DNA of 61,903 nt, counting the filler. It is 8 parts of 8 records of this genome, joined end to end, with 100 filler letters (N's around TTAATTAATTAA, not from the genome) between each part and the next. Parts side by side here need not be neighbours in the genome. Positions count along the whole stretch, not along the records: positions 6,856 to 18,666 come from SRR31156797_39148; positions 18,767 to 25,791 come from SRR31156797_39152; 6 more parts are not named here. One strand, given 5' to 3'. A program made the translations under genes and the position numbers. The notes under the pieces were generated by a model. The model ran no database searches. It was not told the DNA's origin and saw only the letters and a program-made list of their open reading frames with translations. How positions within the stretch are numbered: position 1 is the stretch's first letter; every line of letters begins with the position of its first letter. Positions 10,594-19,563 of the stretch are shown here, in pieces.

Positions 10594-11775
10594 TTATGTA
10601 CAGTTCAGGTTCCTGACTGCTTTTTCTAGTTTCTCCAGCCCCGCTTTCAACATCTTCCGGGAACACGCGAAGTTCAGGCGCATGAATCCCTCACCCGACG
10701 GACCGAACCAGTATCCGGAGTCCAATGCGATTCCGGCTTCATTGATAAACAGACTGTCGATTTCATCAGAAGAGATTCCAAGCTCCCTGCAATCGATCCA
10801 CATAAGATAGGTCGCTTCCATTTTCATGGGGATAAGGCCTTCGATCCTTTCGCTGATAAAGTCATAGGCGAAGTTCATATTGGCTTCCAGAAACTCTACC
10901 AGTTCATCTACGTAAGACGCTCCCTGCTCGAACACAGCCTGAGTGATCTCACGGCTGAAAGAGTTCGACCGGTTCAAATCCATCAATCCCAGCTCAGTTC
11001 TGTAAGCCTTCAGTTTCTCTTCATCATAAATGACGCAATAAGAGGAGTGGAGACCGGCGATGTTGAACGTCTTGCTCGGCGCAGTACACATGATGATGTT
11101 GTTTTTATACTTATCATCAATGCCCAGCAACGGCGTATGTTTGTTTCCCTTGTAGACAAGATCATAATGGATTTCATCTGAAAGGATCAGCACATCGTTC
11201 TGATAGCAAATCTCGCAAATCCGTTCCAGCTCTTCTAGCCGCCATACCCTGCCGACAGGATTATGGGGGCTGCAGAACAGCATCATCGTACAGTCGGGAT
11301 CTTTCGCTCTTTTCTCAAGATCCTCAAAGTCAATGGCATACTTTCCATTCGCCTCTTTCAGAGTATTGTCACTGACGATCCGCTTATGACCTTCCACGAT
11401 ATTTTTAAAGGGATAGTACACAGGACTCTGTATGATGATTTTATCATTCTCGCTGGTGAACAGCCGAATCATTGTGCTTAACTGAAATACAACGCCGGGA
11501 CCATATTCGATGACATCGCCTTCTACAATCAGGTTATGGCGATCCTTCAGCCAGTTCACGATTGACTTGTAGAAATCCGGCATTCTCTTGGTATAGCCGA
11601 ACACTCCATGCTCGGCTCTGCGAACAAGAGTCTCTATCATGAAATCCGGGCATTTGAGATCCATATCCGCGACCCAGAAGGGAAGCAGATCGTTTCTTCC
11701 GAATTTCAAAGACATCTCTTCATACTTCACAGAACTCGAATTATCTCTGTCAACGATTATATCTAAATTATTCAT
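10594..11775 (-). CDS. patB: MalY/PatB-family PLP C-S lyase (cystathionine beta-lyase / cysteine desulfhydrase)
   Basis: LPFWVADMD, HGVFGY, CSPHNPVGRVW, SDEIH, APSKTFNIAGL, ATYLMWID, GFMRLNFAC. Confidence 0.88.
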   Translation of the reverse strand: MNNLDIIVDRDNSSSVKYEEMSLKFGRNDLLPFWVADMDLKCPDFMIETLVRRAEHGVFGYTKRMPDFYKSIVNWLKDRHNLIVEGDVIEYGPGVVFQLSTMIRLFTSENDKIIIQSPVYYPFKNIVEGHKRIVSDNTLKEANGKYAIDFEDLEKRAKDPDCTMMLFCSPHNPVGRVWRLEELERICEICYQNDVLILSDEIHYDLVYKGNKHTPLLGIDDKYKNNIIMCTAPSKTFNIAGLHSSYCVIYDEEKLKAYRTELGLMDLNRSNSFSREITQAVFEQGASYVDELVEFLEANMNFAYDFISERIEGLIPMKMEATYLMWIDCRELGISSDEIDSLFINEAGIALDSGYWFGPSGEGFMRLNFACSRKMLKAGLEKLEKAVRNLNCT

Positions 11776-13058
11776 ACAGCCTCGACAGCTTGCATTCGAT
11801 CTGCCATCCCGCTCTTTTCCAGCCAGTCATTGCCTTCAACCCGCTTTGTGACCATCATGGAAACGATGGCGTCTCCCGTTGCATTAATCATGGTTGCGAT
11901 GGCATCAGTCAGCAGACCGATAGTGACGATGATGGGAATGACTTCAGGGTTAAAGCTGTAGAAAGACACGATGATGAGGGAGCCCATCATGCCGCCGCCG
12001 GGAATACCGCTCATGACGACACCGCTCATGACAGAGATGGCGATGGCCGTCGCCCATACCCCCAGACCGGTAAAGTTCATATCAAAGATTCCGAAAAGAA
12101 AGGCGATCTTCATCAATGTGGTCAGGGCGGTACCGTCCATGTGTATGGTTGCCCCCAGGGGCAACACGATGCTGCTTACGTCCTCGGGAACACCCATTTT
12201 CTTTGTTCCCGCCAGGTTGGTGGGAAGGGTCGCGATGGAACTCTGGGTTGCAATAGAGGTAATCACGGCAGGAAAAATGTTTTTGTAAAACACCTTGATC
12301 CCGGCAACGCCGCCCGCATAGTAGGCATACAGGGTAAAGGCGATCAGGAAGTAGAAGATGCAAATGGGAAAGAACATAACGACGGCCCTGGTATAGGCGC
12401 CCAGAAGCTCTGAACCGTAGGTACCGATCAGGGCCGCAAAATAAGCGCCCAGCCCGATGGGGGCGTAAAGCATGATGATATTGATCATTTTCATAAAGGC
12501 TTCCGCGCAGATATCCAGAACATCAACGACCACGTTGTGCTCAAGGTCTCTCGCTTTGCTTATAGAACTTATACAGTAGCCGAATACCATGGCGAACACG
12601 ATCAGAGGCAGCATAGCGCTTTTCGACAGAATAAGGCTGAAGTCGTTTACGGTAAATGCTTTCACGATCTGCTCCAGCATATTCATTTTGGCCGCGCTCT
12701 CGTAAGCGCCCATCTCAATATTCACACCCTTTGCAGGGGGAAAGATAGAGACGACAATGATAATGAAAATGGATGCGATTATGCCGGTGATAAAGAAAAA
12801 GGAAATTGTATTTCTCAGGATTTTACCCAGCCTCTTCATATTTGACATCTTTGCGATTGAGCTGGATAAGCTGAAGAACACAAGAGGGACTACCGCGGTA
12901 AACATCAAATTAAGAAAGATCTGCCCGAATGGCTTCAGAACAGCCGCCTTTTCTCCATAGATCAACCCGACAATACTACCGATCACGATGCCGAACAGTA
13001 TCAGGATCATGGGTTTGTAAGCCTGGAATACCGATTGTTTGCTGATTTCCGTACTCAT
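11772..13058 (-). CDS. Dicarboxylate/amino acid:cation symporter (DAACS family)
   Basis: Multiple TM helices; TQSSIATLP and LGATIHMDG hallmark motifs, GIPGGG, TMINATGD. Confidence 0.9.
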   Translation of the reverse strand: MSTEISKQSVFQAYKPMILILFGIVIGSIVGLIYGEKAAVLKPFGQIFLNLMFTAVVPLVFFSLSSSIAKMSNMKRLGKILRNTISFFFITGIIASIFIIIVVSIFPPAKGVNIEMGAYESAAKMNMLEQIVKAFTVNDFSLILSKSAMLPLIVFAMVFGYCISSISKARDLEHNVVVDVLDICAEAFMKMINIIMLYAPIGLGAYFAALIGTYGSELLGAYTRAVVMFFPICIFYFLIAFTLYAYYAGGVAGIKVFYKNIFPAVITSIATQSSIATLPTNLAGTKKMGVPEDVSSIVLPLGATIHMDGTALTTLMKIAFLFGIFDMNFTGLGVWATAIAISVMSGVVMSGIPGGGMMGSLIIVSFYSFNPEVIPIIVTIGLLTDAIATMINATGDAIVSMMVTKRVEGNDWLEKSGMADRMQAVEAV

Positions 13059-13096
13059 GTTTTACTCCTATTTTTTTGACGATCTGATCTATCCGA

Positions 13097-13113
13097 TGCA
13101 ATAAGGATGCCAA
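13097..13113 (-). promoter_or_regulatory. Sigma54 -24/-12 promoter of the transporter-lyase operon
   Basis: Minus strand TTGGCATCCTTATTGCA has exact GG-N10-GC spacing, about 40 nt upstream of the start codon. Confidence 0.8.
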
Positions 13114-13215
13114 GTTCTCATATGCAGAACAGGGGGATGTGTAACTGCAGGAGACCCAATACCGGCATCGGTTCCCTCTCTCTCAATGGGTTGTACGGGA
13201 ACCTGGATAACCCGT

Positions 13216-14622
13216 TTAACCCATTAATGAGACTTTTTTAAGATAGTACGCGACCTTGTAGTACTTAATATCATAGCCATCGGCTGAAAGCATGTTAGAA
13301 ATCTTTCGCGGGCCGTAACCTTTCCGGCTTAAATTTGTGATAACGGCCCCGAGTTCATCATCGATCACATCCTTCCTTACAGAGGGAAGCAGCTCATGAT
13401 GCCCGTCTGTTTCGAAGGGAAGATGCTCAAGACCGATTTCCGTATGGATATCCTGCTCATCCCCAATGTCCGAGATCAAGGGTGCGGCGGCGTCTATGCT
13501 GTAATTTATGATATCCCTGAACTGGCGGATGTTCCTCGGGTAGCTGGCATGAAGGATCGCGTCCTTTGCCTCTTCGCCGAAACTCACATTGTATCTGATT
13601 CCATGCAGATCCCGGACCGCTTCAATATACTTTGTCGTAAAGTGGGAGAGAAGACTCTCCCTCTCCCGGAAGCTTCGCTCATGCAGGGAGGGGAGAGAGA
13701 GTTCATACTGAGCCAATCTCTGATACAGCTCCGGCAACATTTCGTCCTTCAGGTTTCTGGTGGACGCCGCGATGATGATAACATCTGCGGCGATCTCCCT
13801 GCTCCCCCCTATCCTTCTGATCCTTCCCGATTCAACCGCCTTTAAAAGCATCGTCTGATACCCTTCGAGGGCATGGGCTTCATCGAGAAAGAGAATACCT
13901 CCGCTGGCCTGCTCAAAAAGCCCTTTCTTTTGAATAGAGCCCGTATAGGCCCCCTTCTCACTGCCGAAGATCTCGACAGCCGCGATATCAGGGTTTGTGA
14001 ACTGGCCGCAGTTCAACTCAATGAAGGGAGCGCTTTTGTCGAGGACTCCCACCTCTTTTGCGTATTGATAGATAAGATTGGCGAGCATGGTTTTACCCGT
14101 ACCGGATTCTCCTATAATGATCGAATGCCTCGGCCCCCCCAGAGAACCGACGGTTCTCTTCGCTTTGACAAGAACATCCTTCAGGCTTTCATTATTGCCG
14201 ATGACAGTTGAGAACTGCCCCTCCGGCTGATTAATGGATATCTGGATTTCAAGGAACTTCACCTTTCGGTTCAACTTGTCGATCTCCTGAACATCCTTGA
14301 ATACAGAGAATGCTCCTTTGAACTCTTTGTCCATATAGACGGGGTAGGAATTGACCACATAGGTTTTTGTTCCCACATAATGGATTTTTTTGTCAAAGAC
14401 GGCGTGTCTGCTTTCCAGTACGCTCAGCAGAACGGCATCGGGATAGAACTCCGTAATATGCCGGCCGACCATATCCTCAATACGCTGGTTAGCATAATCC
14501 GCTGATATTTGGTTCACATAAACCAACATACCGTCGCAGTCGACCACATTGACTCCGTCGTTACTTCGGTCGAGGATTCTTTCAAAAATTTTATAGGAAG
14601 AAAGGTCTTTATATTTTAACAC
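13216..14622 (-). CDS. PAS-domain sigma54-interacting regulator with variant GAYTGS loop
   Basis: PAS N-terminus; GESGTGKT, EIFGSEKGAYTGS, LFLDEAH, YPRNIRQF; C-terminal HTH-like tail. Confidence 0.85.
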   Translation of the reverse strand: MLKYKDLSSYKIFERILDRSNDGVNVVDCDGMLVYVNQISADYANQRIEDMVGRHITEFYPDAVLLSVLESRHAVFDKKIHYVGTKTYVVNSYPVYMDKEFKGAFSVFKDVQEIDKLNRKVKFLEIQISINQPEGQFSTVIGNNESLKDVLVKAKRTVGSLGGPRHSIIIGESGTGKTMLANLIYQYAKEVGVLDKSAPFIELNCGQFTNPDIAAVEIFGSEKGAYTGSIQKKGLFEQASGGILFLDEAHALEGYQTMLLKAVESGRIRRIGGSREIAADVIIIAASTRNLKDEMLPELYQRLAQYELSLPSLHERSFRERESLLSHFTTKYIEAVRDLHGIRYNVSFGEEAKDAILHASYPRNIRQFRDIINYSIDAAAPLISDIGDEQDIHTEIGLEHLPFETDGHHELLPSVRKDVIDDELGAVITNLSRKGYGPRKISNMLSADGYDIKYYKVAYYLKKVSLMG

Positions 14623-14635
14623 GAAGCGGCTCCTT

Positions 14636-14690
14636 TTCTAACATTAATTACAACAGAAAGCAGATCAATTCTAACATTTATAACACCAGA
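14636..14690. promoter_or_regulatory. Two 22-nt direct repeats 33 bp apart; candidate upstream activator sites
   Basis: TTCTAACATTAATTACAACAGA (14636-14657) vs TTCTAACATTTATAACACCAGA (14669-14690), 3 mismatches. Confidence 0.55.
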
Positions 14691-14727
14691 CTTCAAACGA
14701 AATTCAACCTGAGCCGTTCTTTTCAAG

Positions 14728-14744
14728 TTGGCATACCCTTTGCA
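14728..14744 (+). promoter_or_regulatory. Sigma54 -24/-12 promoter of the por operon
   Basis: TTGGCATACCCTTTGCA, GG-N10-GC, followed by GGAGG SD and the porG ATG. Confidence 0.8.
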
Positions 14745-14786
14745 ATACCTGAGAGAAGATCGCAAAAAAAGAATCTGGAGGAATCT

Positions 14787-15350
14787 ATGATAGAAATCAG
14801 ATGGCACGGCAGAGGCGGACAGGGAGCAAAGACAGCGTCTTTGCTGCTGGCTGACGTTGCTTTCAATACGGGGAAATACGTGCAGGGCTTTCCCGAGTAC
14901 GGTCCTGAACGGATGGGGGCCCCCATTACAGCCTACAACCGCATAGATGAAAAGAAGATACGGGTCCATTCCAATATTTACGACCCCGATTACGTTGTCG
15001 TCGTCGATGAAACCCTGCTGGAAACCATTCCGGTCACAAAAGGGCTCAAAGAGAACGGCGCCATTATCATCAATACTGAAAAGACGCCGGATGAGATAAA
15101 GGAAAAGCTTAAGGGCTGGACGGGAGATGTAAAAACTATAAACGCAAGGAAGATCTCCGAAGACGCCCTGGGACGGAACTATCCCAACACCCCCATGCTG
15201 GCCGCAGTGGTCAAGGTCAGTCGGATAATGGATGAGGAGCAGTTCATTTCCGAAATGCAGCATTCGTTCGACCATAAATTTGCATCGAAGCCTGAAGTTA
15301 TCACAGGCAATATGAATGCGCTCCGAGCATCCCTTCAGGAGCTAAAATAG
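14787..15350 (+). CDS. porG: Pyruvate/2-oxoacid:ferredoxin oxidoreductase gamma subunit
   Basis: EIRWHGRGGQGAKT, FPEYGPERMGAP. Confidence 0.92.
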   Translation: MIEIRWHGRGGQGAKTASLLLADVAFNTGKYVQGFPEYGPERMGAPITAYNRIDEKKIRVHSNIYDPDYVVVVDETLLETIPVTKGLKENGAIIINTEKTPDEIKEKLKGWTGDVKTINARKISEDALGRNYPNTPMLAAVVKVSRIMDEEQFISEMQHSFDHKFASKPEVITGNMNALRASLQELK

Positions 15351-15665
15351 ATGAAAGACAGAACTAAAATCACCGAATCGATTACCTGGCAGGATATCAC
15401 TCCCGGAGGAGATATCTACGGCAGCGGGACCTCAATAGATTTTCACACCGGAGACTGGAGAACGGAATTACCTGTTATCGATATGGAAAAATGCATCCAG
15501 TGCCTCCTTTGCGTTCCCGTATGCCCGGACACGTCCATACCCGTAAAAGACAGCAAAAGGCAGGCCTTTGATTACAACCATTGCAAAGGCTGCGGCATAT
15601 GCGCCAAAGCCTGCCCGGTCCATTGCATAGACATGGTTCCCGAAGGCAAAAAGGAGGCGATGTAA
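15351..15665 (+). CDS. porD: 2-oxoacid:ferredoxin oxidoreductase delta subunit (2x[4Fe-4S])
   Basis: TGDWR; CIQCLLCVPVCP and CKGCGICAKACP. Confidence 0.92.
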   Translation: MKDRTKITESITWQDITPGGDIYGSGTSIDFHTGDWRTELPVIDMEKCIQCLLCVPVCPDTSIPVKDSKRQAFDYNHCKGCGICAKACPVHCIDMVPEGKKEAM

Positions 15666-16858
15666 TGGCTATTAGGGAGAGACTCTCAGGAAATGAAGCT
15701 GTGGCCACAGCCATGAGGCAGATTAATCCGGATGTAGTGGCGGCCTTCCCCATTACCCCATCAACCGAAATACCCCAGTATTTCTCAAAGTATGTTGCGG
15801 ACGGCAGAGTTGATACGGAGTTTGTTCCTGTGGAAAGCGAACACAGCGCCATGTCAGCCTGCGTAGGCTCCCAGTCAGCGGGAGCGAGAACAATGACCGC
15901 CACATCCTCCTGCGGCCTGGCGCTGATGCATGAAATCCTTTATATCGCAGCGTCGAACAGGCTTCCCATCGCCATGGCGGTTGTGAACAGGGCCCTGTCC
16001 GGTCCCATCAACATAAACGCCGACCACTCCGATTCAATGGGTTCCCGGGACGCCGGCTGGATTCAGATCTATTCGGAAAACAACCAGGAAGCCTATGATA
16101 ACTTCATCCAGGCCCTCAGAGTTGCGGAGCATAAAGATGTGAAGCTTCCGATCATGGTCTGTCAGGACGGTTTTATCACCAGCCATGCTGTTGAGAATAT
16201 AGAACTGATCGAAGACGGCAAGGTTAAGGATTTCGTCGGCGAGTATAATCCTGATAATTATCTTCTAAACGAAAGGCAACCCATGTCTGTCGGTCCCTAT
16301 GACATCCCTGCCTACTATATGGAGCATAAGAGGCTCCAGGCTGAAGGGATGAAAAATGCAAAACGTGTGGTCCTGGAAGTAGCCGAGCAGTTTGAAAAGA
16401 TGACCGGCAGACATTACGGGCTCTTCGAAGCATACAGACTGGAAGACGCTGAAGCCGCCATCGTCGTTATCAACTCTGCCGCAGGGACCGCCAAGGATGC
16501 CATAGACAAATTGCGGGGCGAAGGGAAGAAAGTCGGCCTTCTGAAGATCAGGCTGTTCCGCCCCTTCCCGGGTGAAGAAATCGCGAAAAGCCTGAAACAT
16601 GTGAAGGCTATTGCCGTTATGGATCGCTGTGACAGTTTCAGCAGCCAGGGCGGTCCCTTGAACGCAGAAGTGAAGGCCGCGCTATACGGTATGGAAAACG
16701 CTCCCCGGGTTATCAACTATATCTACGGGATAGGGGGAAGAGATGTCCGCGTGGAGAACATCGAAGAGCTGTATGAAGCCCTGTTCGAGATTATCGAAAC
16801 AGGAAATATCGGCGAAACATACAGATACCTCTCACTCAGAGATAAGGAGAACGGATAA
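15665..16858 (+). CDS. porA: 2-oxoacid:ferredoxin oxidoreductase alpha subunit
   Basis: SGNEAVA, FPITPST, ESEHSAMS, TATSSCG, IRLFRPFP; start at TAATG overlap with porD, AGGAGG SD. Confidence 0.92.
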   Translation: MAIRERLSGNEAVATAMRQINPDVVAAFPITPSTEIPQYFSKYVADGRVDTEFVPVESEHSAMSACVGSQSAGARTMTATSSCGLALMHEILYIAASNRLPIAMAVVNRALSGPININADHSDSMGSRDAGWIQIYSENNQEAYDNFIQALRVAEHKDVKLPIMVCQDGFITSHAVENIELIEDGKVKDFVGEYNPDNYLLNERQPMSVGPYDIPAYYMEHKRLQAEGMKNAKRVVLEVAEQFEKMTGRHYGLFEAYRLEDAEAAIVVINSAAGTAKDAIDKLRGEGKKVGLLKIRLFRPFPGEEIAKSLKHVKAIAVMDRCDSFSSQGGPLNAEVKAALYGMENAPRVINYIYGIGGRDVRVENIEELYEALFEIIETGNIGETYRYLSLRDKENG

Positions 16859-17796
16859 TGGCATACAATCTGAAAAACGAGCTTGCAAAAGATGAAAGGC
16901 TTGTAGGCGGCCACCGCATGTGTGCCGGCTGCGGGGCGCCCGTTGCGGTCCGGGGGATAACGAGGGCATTGAAAAAAGAAGACCATGCGGTCATCGGCTG
17001 TGCCACAGGCTGTCTTGAAGTATCAACATTCATGTATCCCTATACCTCATGGAAGGATTCGTTCATACACAATGCCTTCGAAAACGCCGGTGCCACCGTG
17101 AGCGGTGTGGAAGCCGCCTACAATGCCATGAAACGGAAAAGAAAGATAAAGGGAGACTATAAGTTCATCGCCTTCGGCGGCGACGGAGGAACAGCGGATA
17201 TAGGCTTCCAGTCTCTCTCAGGCGCCATGGAGAGGAACCACGATATCGTTTATGTCTGCTACGACAATGGAGCCTATATGAATACGGGTATCCAGAGATC
17301 CTCGGCGACCCCTCAGTATGCGGACACCACAACCACTCCCTCGGGAACTGAGTCTACGGGAAAACCCCAGCCCAGGAAAGATCTGGCCGCAATCATAGCG
17401 AACCACAACATTCCCTACGTGGGCCAGACCACCTTTATAAAGAACTTCAGAGACCTTCATCAGAAAGCCGAAAAAGCGATCTATACGGAGGGCGCTGCGT
17501 TCATGAATGTTCTGGCGCCCTGCCCGAGAGGCTGGAGATATCCAGCCGCCGACCTGATGGAAATGTGCAAACTGGCAGTGGAAACATGCTTCTGGCCCCT
17601 CTTCGAGGTTGAAAACGGAGTGTGGAAGTTGAATTACAAGCCAAAGAGCAAACTCCCCATTGAAGATTTCCTGAAGCCCCAGGGCAGGTTCAAACACCTG
17701 TTTACAGAGGAGAATGAACATCTCATAGCGGCGATTCAGGCCGACATTGACAAGAGATGGGACGACCTCCTTTTTCGCTGCGGAGAAAGGGATTGA
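16858..17796 (+). CDS. porB: 2-oxoacid:ferredoxin oxidoreductase beta subunit (TPP-binding)
   Basis: GHRMCAGCG, GGDGG..YDNGAYMNTGIQRS, PCPRGW. Confidence 0.92.
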   Translation: MAYNLKNELAKDERLVGGHRMCAGCGAPVAVRGITRALKKEDHAVIGCATGCLEVSTFMYPYTSWKDSFIHNAFENAGATVSGVEAAYNAMKRKRKIKGDYKFIAFGGDGGTADIGFQSLSGAMERNHDIVYVCYDNGAYMNTGIQRSSATPQYADTTTTPSGTESTGKPQPRKDLAAIIANHNIPYVGQTTFIKNFRDLHQKAEKAIYTEGAAFMNVLAPCPRGWRYPAADLMEMCKLAVETCFWPLFEVENGVWKLNYKPKSKLPIEDFLKPQGRFKHLFTEENEHLIAAIQADIDKRWDDLLFRCGERD

Positions 17797-17901
17797 ACGA
17801 ATAAGCCAACGCAGGCTTCCGATACGGCTGTCAGCCTTCCGGCAGGATTGGACTTAAGCCATATCGATTTTTCTACTAAAACCAGCAAGGAGAATTGACA
17901 G

Positions 17902-18276
17902 ATGAAGACTATTGAAACCAAAGACGCACCCGCAGCGATCGGCCCCTATTCCCAGGCCATAGCCGTGGGAGATTTCCTATTCACGTCGGGACAGATACCT
18001 ATCGATCCGGAAAATGGCAAGGTCGTAAGCGGCGGAATCAACGAACAGGCAGAACAGGTTATGAAAAACATCAAAGCCGTACTGGCCGAAGCTGGATTGT
18101 CTGTTGAAGATGCAGTGAAAACGACATGCTTTCTACAGAATATGGAAGATTTCGGCGATTTCAACTCCGTATACGCAAAGTACTTTACAAAAAAACCGGC
18201 CAGATCGACGGTAGCGGTAAAGCAGTTGCCCCTGGGCGTCCTTTGCGAAGTGGAGGTGATCGCATACCATAAGTAA
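17902..18276 (+). CDS. ridA: RidA-family enamine/imine deaminase
   Basis: APAAIGPYSQA, SGQIP, KPARSTV (catalytic Arg), EVEVIA. Confidence 0.92.
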   Translation: MKTIETKDAPAAIGPYSQAIAVGDFLFTSGQIPIDPENGKVVSGGINEQAEQVMKNIKAVLAEAGLSVEDAVKTTCFLQNMEDFGDFNSVYAKYFTKKPARSTVAVKQLPLGVLCEVEVIAYHK

Positions 18277-18353
18277 AGGTTTGAGTTGACGGTGTCGCAG
18301 GCTTGAACCACACTGCATCACCCGGAATTCATAATAGATTAGCTTTGACAACG

Positions 18354-18388
18354 AAAGGGACTGTTTCGGTATGGAACAGTCCCTTTTC
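18354..18388. terminator. Bidirectional intrinsic terminator between ridA and kduI
   Basis: AAAGGGACTGTTTC-loop-GAACAGTCCCTTTT between convergent genes. Confidence 0.75.
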
Positions 18389-18461
18389 AGGTAGAAGATG
18401 ACCATACTGAAGACGGGCACCATCTCGAAGGACGGCGCCCGAACAAGGTCTGACGACGGCC

Positions 18462-18665
18462 TTACTTCAGATCATCCATGGCCACGAAGTCCATGTCGTT
18501 GAAGGTGATGTTCTCACCGCACATCCCCCAGATGAAGGTGTAGTTGCTGGTGCCCACGCCGGAGTGGATGGACCAGCTGGGAGAGATGACGGCCTGCTCA
18601 TTGCCCATGACGATATGACGGGTCTCTTCGGGCTGCCCCATCAGATGGAAGACCTTGGTCTCCTC
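18462..18665 (-). CDS. kduI: 5-dehydro-4-deoxy-D-glucuronate isomerase, C-terminal fragment
   Basis: Hand translation [67 protein letters not shown]; not in the ORF track. Confidence 0.9.
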   Translation of the reverse strand, partial: EETKVFHLMGQPEETRHIVMGNEQAVISPSWSIHSGVGTSNYTFIWGMCGENITFNDMDFVAMDDLK

Positions 18666-18834
18666 CNNNNNNNNNNNNNNNNNNNNNNNNNNNNNNNNNN
18701 NNNNNNNNNNTTAATTAATTAANNNNNNNNNNNNNNNNNNNNNNNNNNNNNNNNNNNNNNNNNNNNTACTTCGAATGTTCTATTGTTCTAATGTTCGGTA
18801 TTCATTATTCAAGGTCTCCATACTCCGAATTCCC

Positions 18835-19563
18835 TCACTCCTCTTCTCCTTTTCCCATCTTCTCTTTGAGTGGTGTTGCCAAACAAAGAATATGTATCTT
18901 CCTCACACCGGCATTTTTAAGCGTTCTTGCTAATTCCATGGTCGTTGCCCCAGTGGTGAATACATCGTCAACGATACAAGCGCTGACAGGTATTTTCGAC
19001 TGTTTTCTCAGCTTAAAAGCACCTTGTATGTTTTCTTGTCTTTCATCTTTGTTCAATTTGGTTTGCGTACCCGTATTTCGAGAACGTTTTACCAAATACT
19101 CCTGTACCGGTATCCCCCACTGTTTTGACACTCCTTTTGCGATACATAAAGATTGATTATATGTTCTTTCTCGTTTTCTTACAGCAAATAAAGGGACCGG
19201 GATCAATACCTCGCACTTCCTGATATCCGAATCCTTATAATACTCGCCTATATTTTCACCAAAAAAAGTAGCTATATAAGATGCATCCAAATATTTGATC
19301 TCATGGATAAGTTTTTGAAGTTTTTCATCAAACAGATAACGTACCATTACAATATCTGCAGGATGATCTTGATGATAGATGATAGAATCGGGAGCTTTAT
19401 TGAAGTCCTGTAATTCCTTGAAGCATTTTTCACATAAAAACGGACTCAAATTGGATTCCTCTCCGCACACTCTGCATTGTCGCGGATATATCCAATCTAT
19501 CAAAAGATTTAGAAGATCAGTAACTTTTTGAACCGGCCTTAAGAATATCCTTCCAGTAGGCAT
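18835..19563 (-). CDS. comF: ComF-family protein (zinc ribbon + phosphoribosyltransferase)
   Basis: CRVC..CEKC, PVPL..RKRERTYNQS, IVDDVFTTGAT; true start may be slightly downstream. Confidence 0.85.
   Translation of the reverse strand: MPTGRIFLRPVQKVTDLLNLLIDWIYPRQCRVCGEESNLSPFLCEKCFKELQDFNKAPDSIIYHQDHPADIVMVRYLFDEKLQKLIHEIKYLDASYIATFFGENIGEYYKDSDIRKCEVLIPVPLFAVRKRERTYNQSLCIAKGVSKQWGIPVQEYLVKRSRNTGTQTKLNKDERQENIQGAFKLRKQSKIPVSACIVDDVFTTGATTMELARTLKNAGVRKIHILCLATPLKEKMGKGEEE

Noticed and set aside
15581-15664. Longer porA start (MQRLRH...)
   Set aside because: Overlaps the porD Fe-S motifs; the real start is the SD-preceded TAATG at 15665.
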